Positions 1 to 12,200 of a stretch of 64,000 bases of DNA are shown here, in pieces. The position numbers and the translations under genes were made by a program. The notes under the pieces were generated by a model. That model was not told the DNA's origin and did no database searches. It was given only the letters and a program-made list of their open reading frames with translations. Origin of the DNA: Octopus sinensis (lineage: Eukaryota); assembly GCF_006345805.1 (NCBI RefSeq), contig NC_043017.1:15810001-15874000 (forward strand), written 5' to 3'. Numbering within the stretch: the first letter of the stretch is position 1; each line of letters begins with the position of its first letter.

Positions 1-205
1 CAGCAGCCATCCACTTGACCCAGGGCAGCACTACCTCCTCCAGGCACTTGATCTAGGCCTCCGTGTTGAGTCTGAGGCCATGTGGGAAGATGAATGGAGG
101 CATAATGTTGCCATCACTATTGATCACTTCAAACACCATGATGTTGACTGGATGTTTGATTTTTATCACTCTCAGTACATGTCCTCAGACTGGCACCCAA
201 ACACT
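1..205 (-). mobile_element. Degenerate Tc1/mariner-superfamily transposase fragment (catalytic region, runs off the window edge)
   Basis: Manual minus-strand translation gives WVPV*GHVLRVIKIKHPVNIMVFEVINSDGNIMPPFIFPHGLRLNTEA*IKCLEEVVLPWVKWMAA. This matches the recalled K-HP..MVFGV.SDG..MPP.IF...L....Y...LE.VV.PW pattern of maT/DD37D-type transposases. It contains two in-frame stops. Confidence 0.8.
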
Positions 206-390
206 CTCAAATGTTTGTATTGAAGCTTCTGGCACAAATGCCAAGCAATACAGCATGTTGCTTACAAGTTTCTGGCAGAGTGAATTGTGTTATGATGCTG
301 TTTTTTCACTGACGGTGCCCTACTGACCCTACTATACTGTGTAGTCAACAAAATGAAAAACAAACAATACACATGCACAATATATATATA

Positions 391-1152
391 TGGATATGTA
401 ATGTCAGTGTTCATACTCGACAGAGTGTAAGTACCTTGAGAGAAAAGTTGGACATAAGCATCAGTTGTGGTGTGCAAGAGAGACGTTTGCGCTGGTATGG
501 TCATGTGGCGAGAATGGATGAAGATAGTTGTGTGAAAAAGTGCCACACCCTAATGGTTGAGGGAACCTGTGGAAGAGGTAGACCCAGGAAAACCTGGGAC
601 GAGGTGGTGAAGCACGACCTTCGAACTTTAGGTCTTACTGAGGAAATGACTAGAGACCGAGACCTTTGGAAGTATGCTGTGTGTGAGAAGACCCAGCAGA
701 ACAAGTGAGACCATAACCCGTGGCCTCTATCTGGGATGTAGCCAGTCCACTTATGCATACCTTTCCTTCTTGGGACATAAAACTCCACTAGTGAAGACCT
801 GTTGAGGCAAGTGAAAATCGAAATCCTAATCGATCAACATCAATGGAATTTGTAGCTGTGATACCAGTGCCGGTGGCACGTAAGAGAACCATCCGAACGT
901 GGCTGTAGCCAGCGTCGCCCTGACTGGCCTCCGTGCAGGTGGCACGTAAAAAGCACCATCCGATTGTGGCTGTTTGCCAGCCTCATAAAAAGCACCCACT
1001 ACACTCACAGAGTGGTTAGCGTTAGGAAGGGCATCCAGCTGTAGAAACCCTGCCAGATCAGACTGGGCCTGGTGCAGCCTTCTGGCTTCCCAGACCCCAG
1101 TTGAACCATCCAACCCATGCTAGCATGGAAAACGGACGTTAAACGATGATGA
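391..1152 (+). mobile_element. 5'-truncated RTE-clade LINE (ORF C-terminus, 3' UTR and (GAT)n tail) in the last Rab14 intron
   Basis: ORF 373-708 carries RRLRWYGHVARM...GRGRPRKTW..VVKHDL...DRDLW, the typical RTE C-terminal motif. It ends in ccatgctagcatggaaaacggacgttaaacgatgatgatg and is flanked by (TA)n on both sides. A closely similar copy lies at 10113-10640. Confidence 0.9.
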
Positions 1153-1420
1153 TGATATATATATATTTAATTTCAAGACCACAATTCTCAGAAAATATTA
1201 ATACATTATTGAATCTAGAGTAGATATATTATGAATGTAAGCAACATTTCGAGTTTCCTGCCTTTCTTCAAGGGCAAGTACTGTGTGTGTGTGTGTGTAG
1301 CATCTTATGTTCCCGAGTCTTATTAAATGTTTCCCCTGTGATATGAGATGTGAAACTTTACCGTAAATACTTTTTGTTTCTCTGTTGCTTCTTAATGCCA
1401 TTTTCTGTGTCTCTTTGCAG

Positions 1421-1526
1421 TCTTGACCTGAATGCTGCCGAGTCCGGAGTACAGCACAAACCGTCAGCTCCCCGTAATGCTCTTAATACAGACCAAGCCC
1501 CAAGCAAAGAGGGCTGTGGTTGCTAG
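1421..1526 (+). CDS. RAB14: Rab14 small GTPase, terminal coding exon (hypervariable tail with CXC prenylation motif)
   Basis: Polypyrimidine acceptor tgtgtctctttgcag| at 1420, phase 2. Translation (S)[34 protein letters not shown] closely matches the recalled vertebrate Rab14 C-terminus [17 protein letters not shown]...REGCGC. Upstream exons lie outside the window. Confidence 0.93.
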
Positions 1527-2241
1527 CCTTAACAACTAGTGTGCTATCAACGTGGTGTGTAATTACATCAACATAGAAACACTCTTCTACAACTGGACGA
1601 TGAATGAGGACACTTATTGAGTGTGAGTGAGGGAGAGTGTGTGTTTGAGTGAGAGAGTGAGTGGGAGTGAGAAAGGATGACAAATTGAACAACCATTCCA
1701 TGTTCTGCCAATGTTGTGTGCAGAAGTTCCCAAATATTGTGGATAGTAGGTGCTAGATGGCGGGGGAAACCAGCAAAACCTGCACTGACCAGCAACACTG
1801 ACCACTTCAATGTTGACCTCCTGCAAAATCTTGCTGCTGTCTACGTGTAACTGGGCATCTAGGGACAGCTCTTCAATTTTTGATTTTGTTTTTTTTTTAA
1901 TCCTTTTATGTGGCTTTTTTGTTTTTGTTTGTTTTTCTTTTGTGTATGTGTGTGTGTGTGTTGTTTATCTTCTTCCCTCTGTGCGTGCATGTGTGTGTGT
2001 GTTCTGTCTAAGCTGGTCAATAGCACCTGCTGGTAATTTGCATATCAAGTCTTTCCAAAAAATAAAAAGGAAAAAAAGAGAAAAAATGTTAAATTAATTT
2101 AGCCCAAACCTGCTGCCATTTTTGTAGAGTCCTGCCTAGTTGTTGTATTAATGCTAACATCCCAGTTAGGAAGCTGAGAGAGAGAGAGAGAGAGAGAGAG
2201 ATGTGTTGGTCGATGATCCACAATATGTATGTATGTATGTG

Positions 2242-2272
<31 letters not shown>

Positions 2273-4428
2273 TTATTGCCACCCACCCCAGTCCTCTTCC
2301 TCCTCCTCCTCCTCACAATTAGACGACAACAACTGTAAGCATTTTATCTTTGTTGACTCTCCTCCCCCTCCTAAACAGATTAATATGTTGTAAGTCGTTA
2401 AATATAATTAACTGTGATGTCATCTCTAATACTATATCTGTCTGTCTGTCACATCTCTCCTCTGCCCTTTCCCCCTCCCCCCCGTCTCAACAACACAACC
2501 AATCACATCCTCCGCCTCAAAACCGTTCCTTCAATTATATGGAGAAACCGTTCTAATGAGAGGTTTTAATTAATTGTCATTTATTGTTATTTTGTTTTTA
2601 ATTAGTAAAGACAAGAAGAGAACCAGTTGTATTATGTTATGTTTCTTTTTTTTTTTTTTTTCAATTTTATTCATATTTATTCTGTCTGGGGTTTATAACT
2701 GTGACCTTTCACCTTTTGTTTGGCTGACATCAAGGTTAGTGAACTTTCTGTGTAAGCTTTGACATTCGTTTCTGATGGAGTTTGTTACACACACACACAC
2801 ACACCCACATCTTACTGCTGAACTTCTTAACAACTTTCCCTGCCGTAAATTCCTTCAGTAATCTCCTTAACACCTCTCCTTGCTCTCCCTAACTCCTCTC
2901 CTATATCACACTACAGTTTATATAAACCCACAACTTACTGACAAAGAATCCAGTTATTTCTAGATACATTTAAAACGATGGAGGTCTGGTGGGGTGTCAA
3001 GAATTTCAAGTTTTGTCTTTTGTTAGTTTTGGAAACTAAAACAATTCTATTTATTAAAAAAAACTTGTTGAAAATGTTTTATCCTTAGAGTTTCTCTTTC
3101 TTGGGGCTAACTTAACAATTTTTCCTATTTCCCATCTTGAAGAACCCTTATCCCTAATTTACCCCAGTTTTACTTTTCTGTCATTTGGTTGGCTACAGTA
3201 TCTTTGGAATCTAAACTACTTTGCTCTCTTCTGCCTTACACCATTGCAGGCTTCTTTTTCTAATGAAACCTTAATTTTTCTCACACCCCTACTAATTCAC
3301 CCTACTCCTTGAACCTTAACATATGTTTAAGGGTCAGTTTGAAAGTCAACAAATTTTTTTTTAAATGCCCACAAATGTTGTTTATCAGTTGTTTCTGAAA
3401 CCGTATCTCAACTGGTATTTTACAATATGTCGATATTGTTTGTGATCTTGGGATCAGTTATTCTAGAAATATTCTCTAGATCACGTTTTCTTTTCTCTGT
3501 AATTCCCTGTGGACAATTCACACCATCCAATCATTTTCCACAAAAGAACCAATACTAATTGTATGTTGAAGGTGTGTGTGTGTGTGTGTGGAGGGGAGGA
3601 CTGACCAGTCATGGCAGCCACAAAACCCATTCTCACCATTTCACACCATGAAACTAAATAACCTGTAAAATTAGATTTCAACAAAAGTAGTTCTTTTCTT
3701 CCTTCTTTCTTTTACAAAGGAGTTGGGGGGGGGTCTCTACTCCTTTTCCCCTGACTACTACTACTACTACTGTTGTTGCTATACTGTGATGATGAAATGA
3801 TGTTTGTGTGTCTTGAGAAAGGTCTGTCACTCACACTCCAATATTCAATCTATAACACTCAATCATACGACACTTCTCACTCCAAAAATTACGAAATACA
3901 TTTTAAAAGGTAACCAAAGCTACTCAGTTCTTTTATATTTGTCTGAGGTTTAGGTCTCTCCATTCCCGACTGTTTGGAGTCTCCACTCCAAAATGTTAGA
4001 TTCAGAGCTTCACTCAATATTGTCAAGTTGAGCTTTCCATTCACTCAGGTTAAATGTAGGCCTCTAACTCAGATCCCCCCCCCCTCCATTAGTCATTCTT
4101 GAGAAACATCTGATGATGAAATTCAAACGTTTAAGAAATATTGGAGTCAGACTCTCAGCAATAGGCTTCTCTCTCTCTCTCTCTCTCTCTCTCCAATATT
4201 GATATTATTTAATATTGTGTATTTCATAAACTCTGTCCTGCTTGTAAATATTTGTTTGTCCTTGGCAATCTACTTTTTGTTGCCTAGCAACAAAACTAAC
4301 CCCAATGTCAGCCATTTTATCTCCACAGATACAGAAAAAAAAAGGGTTTCTCTTTGAACCTTCAACATGGACGCAAAGAAGTTTCTCTATCTATTCCCCG
4401 GCTACTTTCTCTCTCTATCTATATCCAT

Positions 4429-4459
<31 letters not shown>

Positions 4460-4605
4460 AATATATAAATCTTATATATTGAACACCGAACAAGGGGTTT
4501 TTTTTCCCACTTCTGTTTGTTTAAATAATTTTTCTTTTGTTTTTCTTTCACTGTAAATTTCTTCTCTTTTTCATTCCAATCTGCCTAGATAGGAAATTCT
4601 TCTTC

Positions 4606-4611
4606 AATAAA
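4606..4611 (+). terminator. Candidate distal polyadenylation signal (AATAAA) for Rab14
   Basis: AATAAA at the end of about 3 kb of U-rich, largely TE-poor sequence following the Rab14 stop. A proximal AATAAA is at 2061-2066. No transcript data. Confidence 0.3.
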
Positions 4612-7600
4612 GCATGTCTGACCACAAGGTCAGCTTGATTTAGGCCAGAAACCTTGTTGTCTTTCATCCGTTTGTCTACAGCCACTCTGATGGGGCGGGG
4701 GGGGGGATGTTGCATCCACGCCACACCAGTAGGTGGCAGTGCTGCTTGCACCATTGCACACCACCCACATTACAACTGTTGGCAGCCCACACAAACACCG
4801 TGTCCTCCCTCTGCTTCTCTGACCTCCACGACCTCCATCCTCACCGCATGCATCTCACGCAACACAATCGTCCAGTCCTTCTTCATTTACATCATTTAGT
4901 GGTGATCACCTACAAGGATGCCGGGCACTTTCCCTCCATCTGTGACCACCTCTCCTTTCTTACAAATGAGAACACGTTTCACACTGGATTTTGACTTCCT
5001 TCAAATTTTGGGAGGTCAAAGGCAAAATATTTGACACTAATAGGGTGGAGTCAATAACATGGTTAGATGTACAGAGGTCATTGAGTGACCTTTTGTGTGT
5101 AGAGGTCATTGAATAATCTCTGTATAATGTATTTACTGGAGGTGAGATTTGAACCTGTCACTTTGATGTTTGTGTGATGTCATTTCTGGTCCCTTGTCAC
5201 CAGTTTTCTCAATGGGGAAGGAATCTGTTTGAGAATGAGGCAGAGCAACATCTGCTTCACAATGTAGGTGGATGCGTGTGTGTGTGTGTGTGTATATAAA
5301 GGAGTAAGAAAAGGTTGAAGTTGTCACCACTGCTGGCAGTAAAGAGCTTCTCCCTTCAGATTGAAGGGGGCAGAATTGTTTAATGTGGAATGGGGGACAG
5401 GGGATTTATAAAGTGTGACAATAGATAAAGCAAGGATGTGTAATGTCATTATGGATGAACTGAGAGAATCGGGTGTTGTAAGGAAGTAGAGAGAGAGAGA
5501 GATGGGATGAGAAAGGGAATAATTCTTGGAGAGAATGGAACTTATGGAGGAGGAGGAAGACTAAGCCAGACTTAGAATTGGATTTGTGCCAAGATAGTTG
5601 TCACTTTGCCCTAAGATTCAACTTCTGTTATAAGTTGGTTCCTCAATTTCATATCTCTAGTTTCTTTTTTCCTACACACATTGTTTGCCCTTGTAGCAGT
5701 TGGTAATGAAGCCCCTATGCCACTCATTAGCTAATTAATGACTTGCTTTATTATCAGATATTTTCAGCATCTCAGCAACTAAACCCAATGGCCATTCTGA
5801 CCCTATAAACAGTCCACTTCAATGGCTGCTCCCCCTCTTCTTCTCAGTTCATTTTACACATTTTTCACACTCAGCCTCCTCTCTTGAATATTTCCAAGTT
5901 TGCCCTCATTTCAAACTTCTTTCCTGAAGGCTGCTTTGCAAGCCAGAACACACCACTTCTCTCTCATCACAAAACCCTTTTTCCCCTTCTAGCTCTCTCA
6001 CTGACATATTCTCTGCTACTTCCTTTCCTCCACTCCTCGCTTTTATCAATCCCTACTGTCCCACTGCCAGATTACTTTGGAACCAGTCTTGGTCTCATAG
6101 ACCTTCCCATGTCCCTATCTCACCACCATCACCATCATCATCATCATCATCATCATCATTTAGAACTGCTTGAAACCTATCTTTAGCAGACCTTCCCTAG
6201 GATGTGCCTCTGTCTTTTCATAAGTCACTAATCAATAACCAATAATCAGTTGTGTATTAGGATTTACAACCAAACCATTTCCAATTCCTCTTCTTCAGTT
6301 GAGAATGAAATTTATCTGGTTTCCAAGAGGTTGATTGGTTTCCTGAAATTTGTCTTAGCAAATGGTTAGTTCCTTTTGTAGTATCACAGAACTCCAGAAG
6401 CCTCTCTCCCTCCTCATCCCTAGAATCCTAGCAAAATCCACCGTCCAAGTGCAGCCAATAGAACTAGGATAATGCTGTCTCTTATTTGTTACCAAGGGGT
6501 TTGCAACGGGGCCTCATAAAAACCATCTTTTCACTCCTCAATTAATCTTGTCTGTACAACAAACACTTGTGTCCAAGTTTAATTTTTCTGTCACATATTC
6601 TCGATTGTTTAATTAGATTATTCGTTCACTAACGAGTCTTTATGTAAACTAATCCAGACGACTTTGTCCCCTAGTTCTTTACTTTTGAAGAGTCTTGCCA
6701 AGACCCCTTTCTATCGTAGCCCTGGGACATCCACTGTTGGTCGTGCATATTGGAGAAGCTGTGTACTTTGGTCATTGTTTTATTGCTGGGTTGCCCTTCC
6801 TGCCACGACCCATTTCACAGCAGAAGAATTTGAGGAGGGAGGAGGGGTGGAAGGGATAAGAAAGGAGTCTGGACTAATGGCGGGGGGGGGGGGTGTTAAA
6901 AGAGAAAGAAAGAAGTGTATTAGATAAATGTAGACTAAGAAGAATGATGAGAGAGGGGGGAATGTAGGACAAGTGTCTGTTTGGGTGTGTAAGGTTCGAC
7001 TCATTTGCTGCCTCATCTGTTCTGTCGTCCTCTCTCCTACTCACCATACCACCCACCAATTCTACAATTAACAAATGTACCTACCATTAGTCTCCCCACT
7101 TCGATTGCATGGAGAGAGACACACACACACGTAAGTGATGGCTGCATGTTGCTTGCGTCAGATCTTTTTTCTCTCTGATGCCCCTCATTTTCCTGCTTGT
7201 CACTCCCTCTTGACACCTCACCCACCCATCTATACTTACTGGCCCTGCTCACCCATTTTGTGGCAGTGGTAACACACATCCATCAGATTCTCCAGAAGCT
7301 TCTATCTCCTCCCTCTTCTTGTTACATGTCATACTAATCCATTTCACCTTTGACCTTTCTCACCACCAAAACAACAGTTCAACCCATCAACAACAACTTA
7401 TTTCAAGTCAAACAATTTCAACACCATCAGCTGACACTGGATCCCTCTTTGACCAGGGGACAGTTTCCTCTATGTGAGATAAATGAAGATGAATGTTTAA
7501 TAGTTCAATACATGCTACAAATGTTTCAGAAGCATAGCAGTTTATTTGCACTTGGCATATAACAATCATCATTATATATTTGCTAAGTACCTAAATAGCC

Positions 7601-9032
7601 AGCCACCTCATCAGGGAAGGCAAAAAACATTCGGTATATCTAGTGATTGCCACTTCTTTATGGAAGAAGGCTATTTCTTCAGTTAGTAGATGCTGTCATG
7701 AGATCTCATGTAACCAGCAGCTCTAACTCAAGACAAACAGACTCAACTGCTGATGTTGTTACTAACATGCCCAAGCTGAAAAGCGTCAGATTACAATCAA
7801 ATCCTGTTTATAATTTCTTTTCTGTATACATATATATATAATGTGAAGGTGCATGGCTTAGCAGTTAAGGCATTTGGCTTATGATTGTAAGGTTGTGAGT
7901 TCAATTCCCAGTGACGTGTTGTGTCCTTGAGCAAGACACTTTATTTCATGTTGCTCCAGTCCACTCACCTGGCAAAAATGAGTTACACCTGTATTTCAAA
8001 GGGCTGGCCATGTCACGCTAAATCTCATTAAGGGTCCATGTGTCTAGAGTGCTCAGCCAGTTGTGTGTTAATTTCATAAGCAAGCTGTTCTGTTGATCAT
8101 TGGGACCCTAGTACTATAGTTCTTTAGATTTTATTTTAGTCTGGAGGGAAGGGCTAGAGCCCTTGACCCTTTGCAAGGCCTCTGAGATTAGAGGAGAGAG
8201 AGAGAGTAAGGTCCTTTCAGACCAGGAATGTGATCCAAATGCTTATTATAGAGTGAGCTGCACTAAAGTCACTCCATGGTAGCAAATGGTGGATGAAATG
8301 TTCTGCTTAAGATGATAGCAGGATGTAAAGAGGCAGAACTAATACCACAAAGGACCCAGTCCACCATTGTTGCAGTTTCACCAACCCTAACCCCTTCTCT
8401 TGCGGCTTGATACTGTCCACTGAAAGGATGAATGGTAAAGTTGAGACCAAGGTGGGATTTCAACTCAGAACCAATACTACAAGGTATTTTATTTAAAACC
8501 CTTTCGACAATATCACCCCAACGTGGGTCAGTTTACCCAACTGTGCCACAGGGTTGAAAGCTATTCCATTGTTATAAAAATAGGGAGCACTAATGAAATA
8601 GTTGTGTGAGTGAGTGTAGCTACATCTAGGAGAGGAAGATGTTCCCTCTCTCAGCTGACTTCTCTCTACACACACAGTTGACTTAAGACCCCAGGTTCAG
8701 TTCTCCCCTTAGGTTATTGCCCTTGGTGTTGATTTTCTACAACACTGAGAGGAAAACCCTTATGGGGGTCCATCAACTGGCTAGAAATAGCAGCAAAATC
8801 TCCCTTGTATCACACGCTATACATGAATTGCTAGAAATAACAACCAAATCCTGCTCAAACCATAGAAGCAACATAATTCAATGTAGTCTTAGGTATATAA
8901 ATATATGCAATGGCCATGGCTGGAAAGCATCAAGCAAAAATAATCAAACCTGATTCAACAACAGTAACCAAAGTAAAAAAAAAAGAACCTGGATTTCCTC
9001 AGAACTCTGGGAGAGATTTAATTGTTTTGGTG

Positions 9033-9218
9033 CTAATACTTGTTTTTGATGGGCCATCTGTGGTCCGCATTGCGTCGCCTCAATCTCAGCACGTCACCAT
9101 CGACGTGAATAGCTTGGGCCTTGCTACGGAGGTCGTTGTGGATGTTCATTTTAGCCAGGTTCAGTAAATCGATGTTCCTGCTGTTGTCAACAAGGGCATC
9201 CAGGAGGATGTTGCTGGC
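9033..9218 (-). CDS. CCDC105: CCDC105 exon 6 (terminal)
   Basis: Acceptor ttgttttctttgccag| gives [62 protein letters not shown] possible ATTAAA signal is at 9017-9022 (minus strand). Confidence 0.9.
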   Translation of the reverse strand, partial: ASNILLDALVDNSRNIDLLNLAKMNIHNDLRSKAQAIHVDGDVLRLRRRNADHRWPIKNKY

Positions 9219-12200
9219 CTGGCAAAGAAAACAAAACACAGGTTCAGGGATCAATCCTTCAGTTTGTTCACTGAATTCTGTGGCCATGGGGCTTTGGGTG
9301 GGGCGGGGGAGAATACACCCTTTTCCATGTCCTAGTAACAGCAGTTTTCTATGAAATAAATAGAAATAACAGTTAAACCTTCCTTGTCTTTGAAGAGAAG
9401 GACACATTGTAGAATGCAGTCCTAGATGTATTGTGCCAAAGAAAATGACAGGAACCAACTTGTAGCCCTATTTGAAACTAATGCACTGGAGAATATAGTC
9501 CTAGATACACTATGCCAATGAAGAAGTCAGGAACCAACAATGGGTGTCTCTATATGGTAGCTAAATCTGTTAGAAATATCAGCTAAGTTTCCCTCCAATC
9601 ACACTTTGCTGCTTTTCAAGAGAACACATTGGAAATTATAGTCCTTGGTACACTTGTACTAATTGAAAAAAATAGGATGGTCATGGGTGGAATAACTTGT
9701 TCAGCTCTAACCTGGGGTCAACCATTCTCATTGTGATTAAGGGACAGCCCTTCAGCTATGAGTTGCTATGGTTACCTTATAAGGGAAAATACTGGTTAAA
9801 GCCAGTATTGACATGGCTCAGATGTTAACAAATTCACTTCACAATCACACACTGCTGGGTTCAATCCTGCTGCAGAGCATCTTAAATGTTTTCTGCTGAG
9901 TCCTTATATTATATTGGTTTGTGGCATAATTCAACAAAGAAAGCACTCCATCTGGTGAGAGCCAAATGTTTCTGTTCAAGGGTCACAATTCATGTCTTTG
10001 GGTGCCACTAATAGTTTCAAACTCTTCCTGCTGAACTAAGAACCTCTCAGCACAAAGAGTGGTCTGCGCCTGAAGAACGTGTATTGTGATCCTTAAACAG
10101 AAATACGTATATCATGACCTTCGAACTTTGGGTCTCACTGAGGAAATGACTAGAGACCGAGACCTCTGGAAGTATGCTGTGCGCGAGAAGACTCGGCAGG
10201 ACAAGTGAGACCATAACCCGTGGCCTTCTACATGGGATGTAGCCAGCCCACATGCATACCTTCCCTTCTTGGGACACAAAACTCTACTTGTGAAGACCTG
10301 TTGAGTCAAGTGAGGATGAGAATCGAAATCGATCAATGGAAATTGCAGCTGAGTTACTAGTGCCAGTGGCATGTAAGAGAACCATCCGAATGTGGCCGTT
10401 GCCAGCCTCGCCTGGCACGTAAAAAGCACCATCTGTCCGTGGCCGTTTGCCAGCTCCGTCTGGCACGTAAAAAGCACCCACTACACTCACGGAGTGGTTG
10501 GCATTAGGAAAGGCATCCAGCCATAGAAACACTGCCAGATCAGACTGGGCCTGATGCAGCCTTCTGGCTTCACAGACCCCAGTTGAACCGTCCAACCCAT
10601 GCTAGCATGGAAAGCGGACGCTAAATGATATGATGATGATATATATATATAATACAGACACACACACACGGGTGGGCAAAAGTCATGCACCAAGATTAAA
10701 ACTTGTAATTATATTTGCACATTTCAAAAACTTTTCAAGACTCTAACTTGAGTAAAGTGTTACCAAATAAATACACAATATGGAAAGTCAATGAAACAGT
10801 TGCATGTGTGAGGCATTGAGAAAATAGACCAGAAGGCCATGTTAGAACAAAACATAATTAATTTGGGCTGCAATGAGATTAGACAATTGTGTTATGGAGA
10901 AGTCTAGGGAGGCCATTGGACTTACTCTTACACGCATAGAAGCATACCATGATAAAGGCAGCAAGAAGTTTGAACGGGGCCAGTTCTGTCAACAGAGAAT
11001 AAAGGGATTCACCTTGCGAGCTGAATGTGATCCCATGGTTTATGGTGTTAAGTCAGTGAAATAACACAACTATTCATGTTGAAATAATGCCACTGAAAAT
11101 AGCTGCAAAGTCTTCTGCTAATTGTTGGCTGACCGACTGGAACAGAGATTTGTTTGCTGATGGTCGCAACATTGGGGTTGCCTGCTGACTCACTGCAAAA
11201 AGGTGCACTTTTTTTTTCTTCTTTTGTAGAGATGACAAGGCAATACGATTGGCCACATCATGCATAGATGGAAGACCACTACACCAGCAGAAAGCTCCAC
11301 TGCAGTGCTGTTTTTTCTCAAAGACGGTGCCCAACTGACCCTACTATACTGTGTAGTCAACAAAATCAAAAACAATGCACGCATGTAAAATTAAGAATAT
11401 AAAATGGCAACAATTTACCCATTGCACCGATACACACACACACATACCTACTCTCAATCTCAGGAATGCAGTAAACCAGTAGTTGTTCCATTGGAACCTG
11501 TGACCAGCAAATTTAACAAGTCAACTTATGACCCCTGAAGTGATCCCTAAATTTCCCGTTTTACACCAAATACTCTTATAAACAATGTCCATGGCAACAT
11601 TGGTGATGTTTAGCAACCATTTCTAACGAGCAGTAACTTAGTAACCGTTTCTACAGATTCGTAACTAAACAACCGTCTCTAAGGATTGGTTCTGTAGCAT
11701 TTGTTTCCAAAGCCTTCTGACTTAGCATCCGTTTCCAAGGTCTGTGGGTTGGTAGCAACTGGATTGGTTACTTAGCAACTGTTTTATAAGGTTCAGAGCA
11801 TTAGCAAGCACTTCTAAGCCAAGTGAACATACGAGAGTTCTGTTTACTCTGGGATATGAGGCTACACTTTCACATATTAACTTCTCTAGGAAATGTTTGT
11901 TTCTCAGCAGTTTGGCAGAGAGCAAGGCTGAGAGAAGTTAGTAGTTGATCAACTGGTCAAGGGTTCAAATCAACAGCCAGGTGTTTGTTGCTTTTCTTTT
12001 TTTTTTTCTTATGAACTGTGAAGTGTTTCTGGAAAAACGGAACTGGAACATCTGGGATGTGTTAACAGCCCCCTGGCAGTGAATGCCTAACATATCTTCC
12101 CTCTTCACCTTGCCCTACCCAGGACAACAAGGAACAACTTGCTAGAAATAGCAGTCTTTTCCCAAATTATGTACAAGTACAAATTAGACAATGTAATGGT

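Noticed and set aside
10069-10115. Hammerhead-like CTGAAGA...GAAA-TACGTAT
   Set aside because: There is no stem II closing pair and no stem I. CTGATGAG at about 7615-7622 (minus) and at 59945 also lack a properly placed GAAA.
10660-11345. Intact Tc1-like element with matching TIRs
   Set aside because: The left end (gggtgggcaaaagtcatgcacc) looks Tc1-like, but it is not the reverse complement of the right end and I could not recover a convincing transposase frame. Left unclassified.
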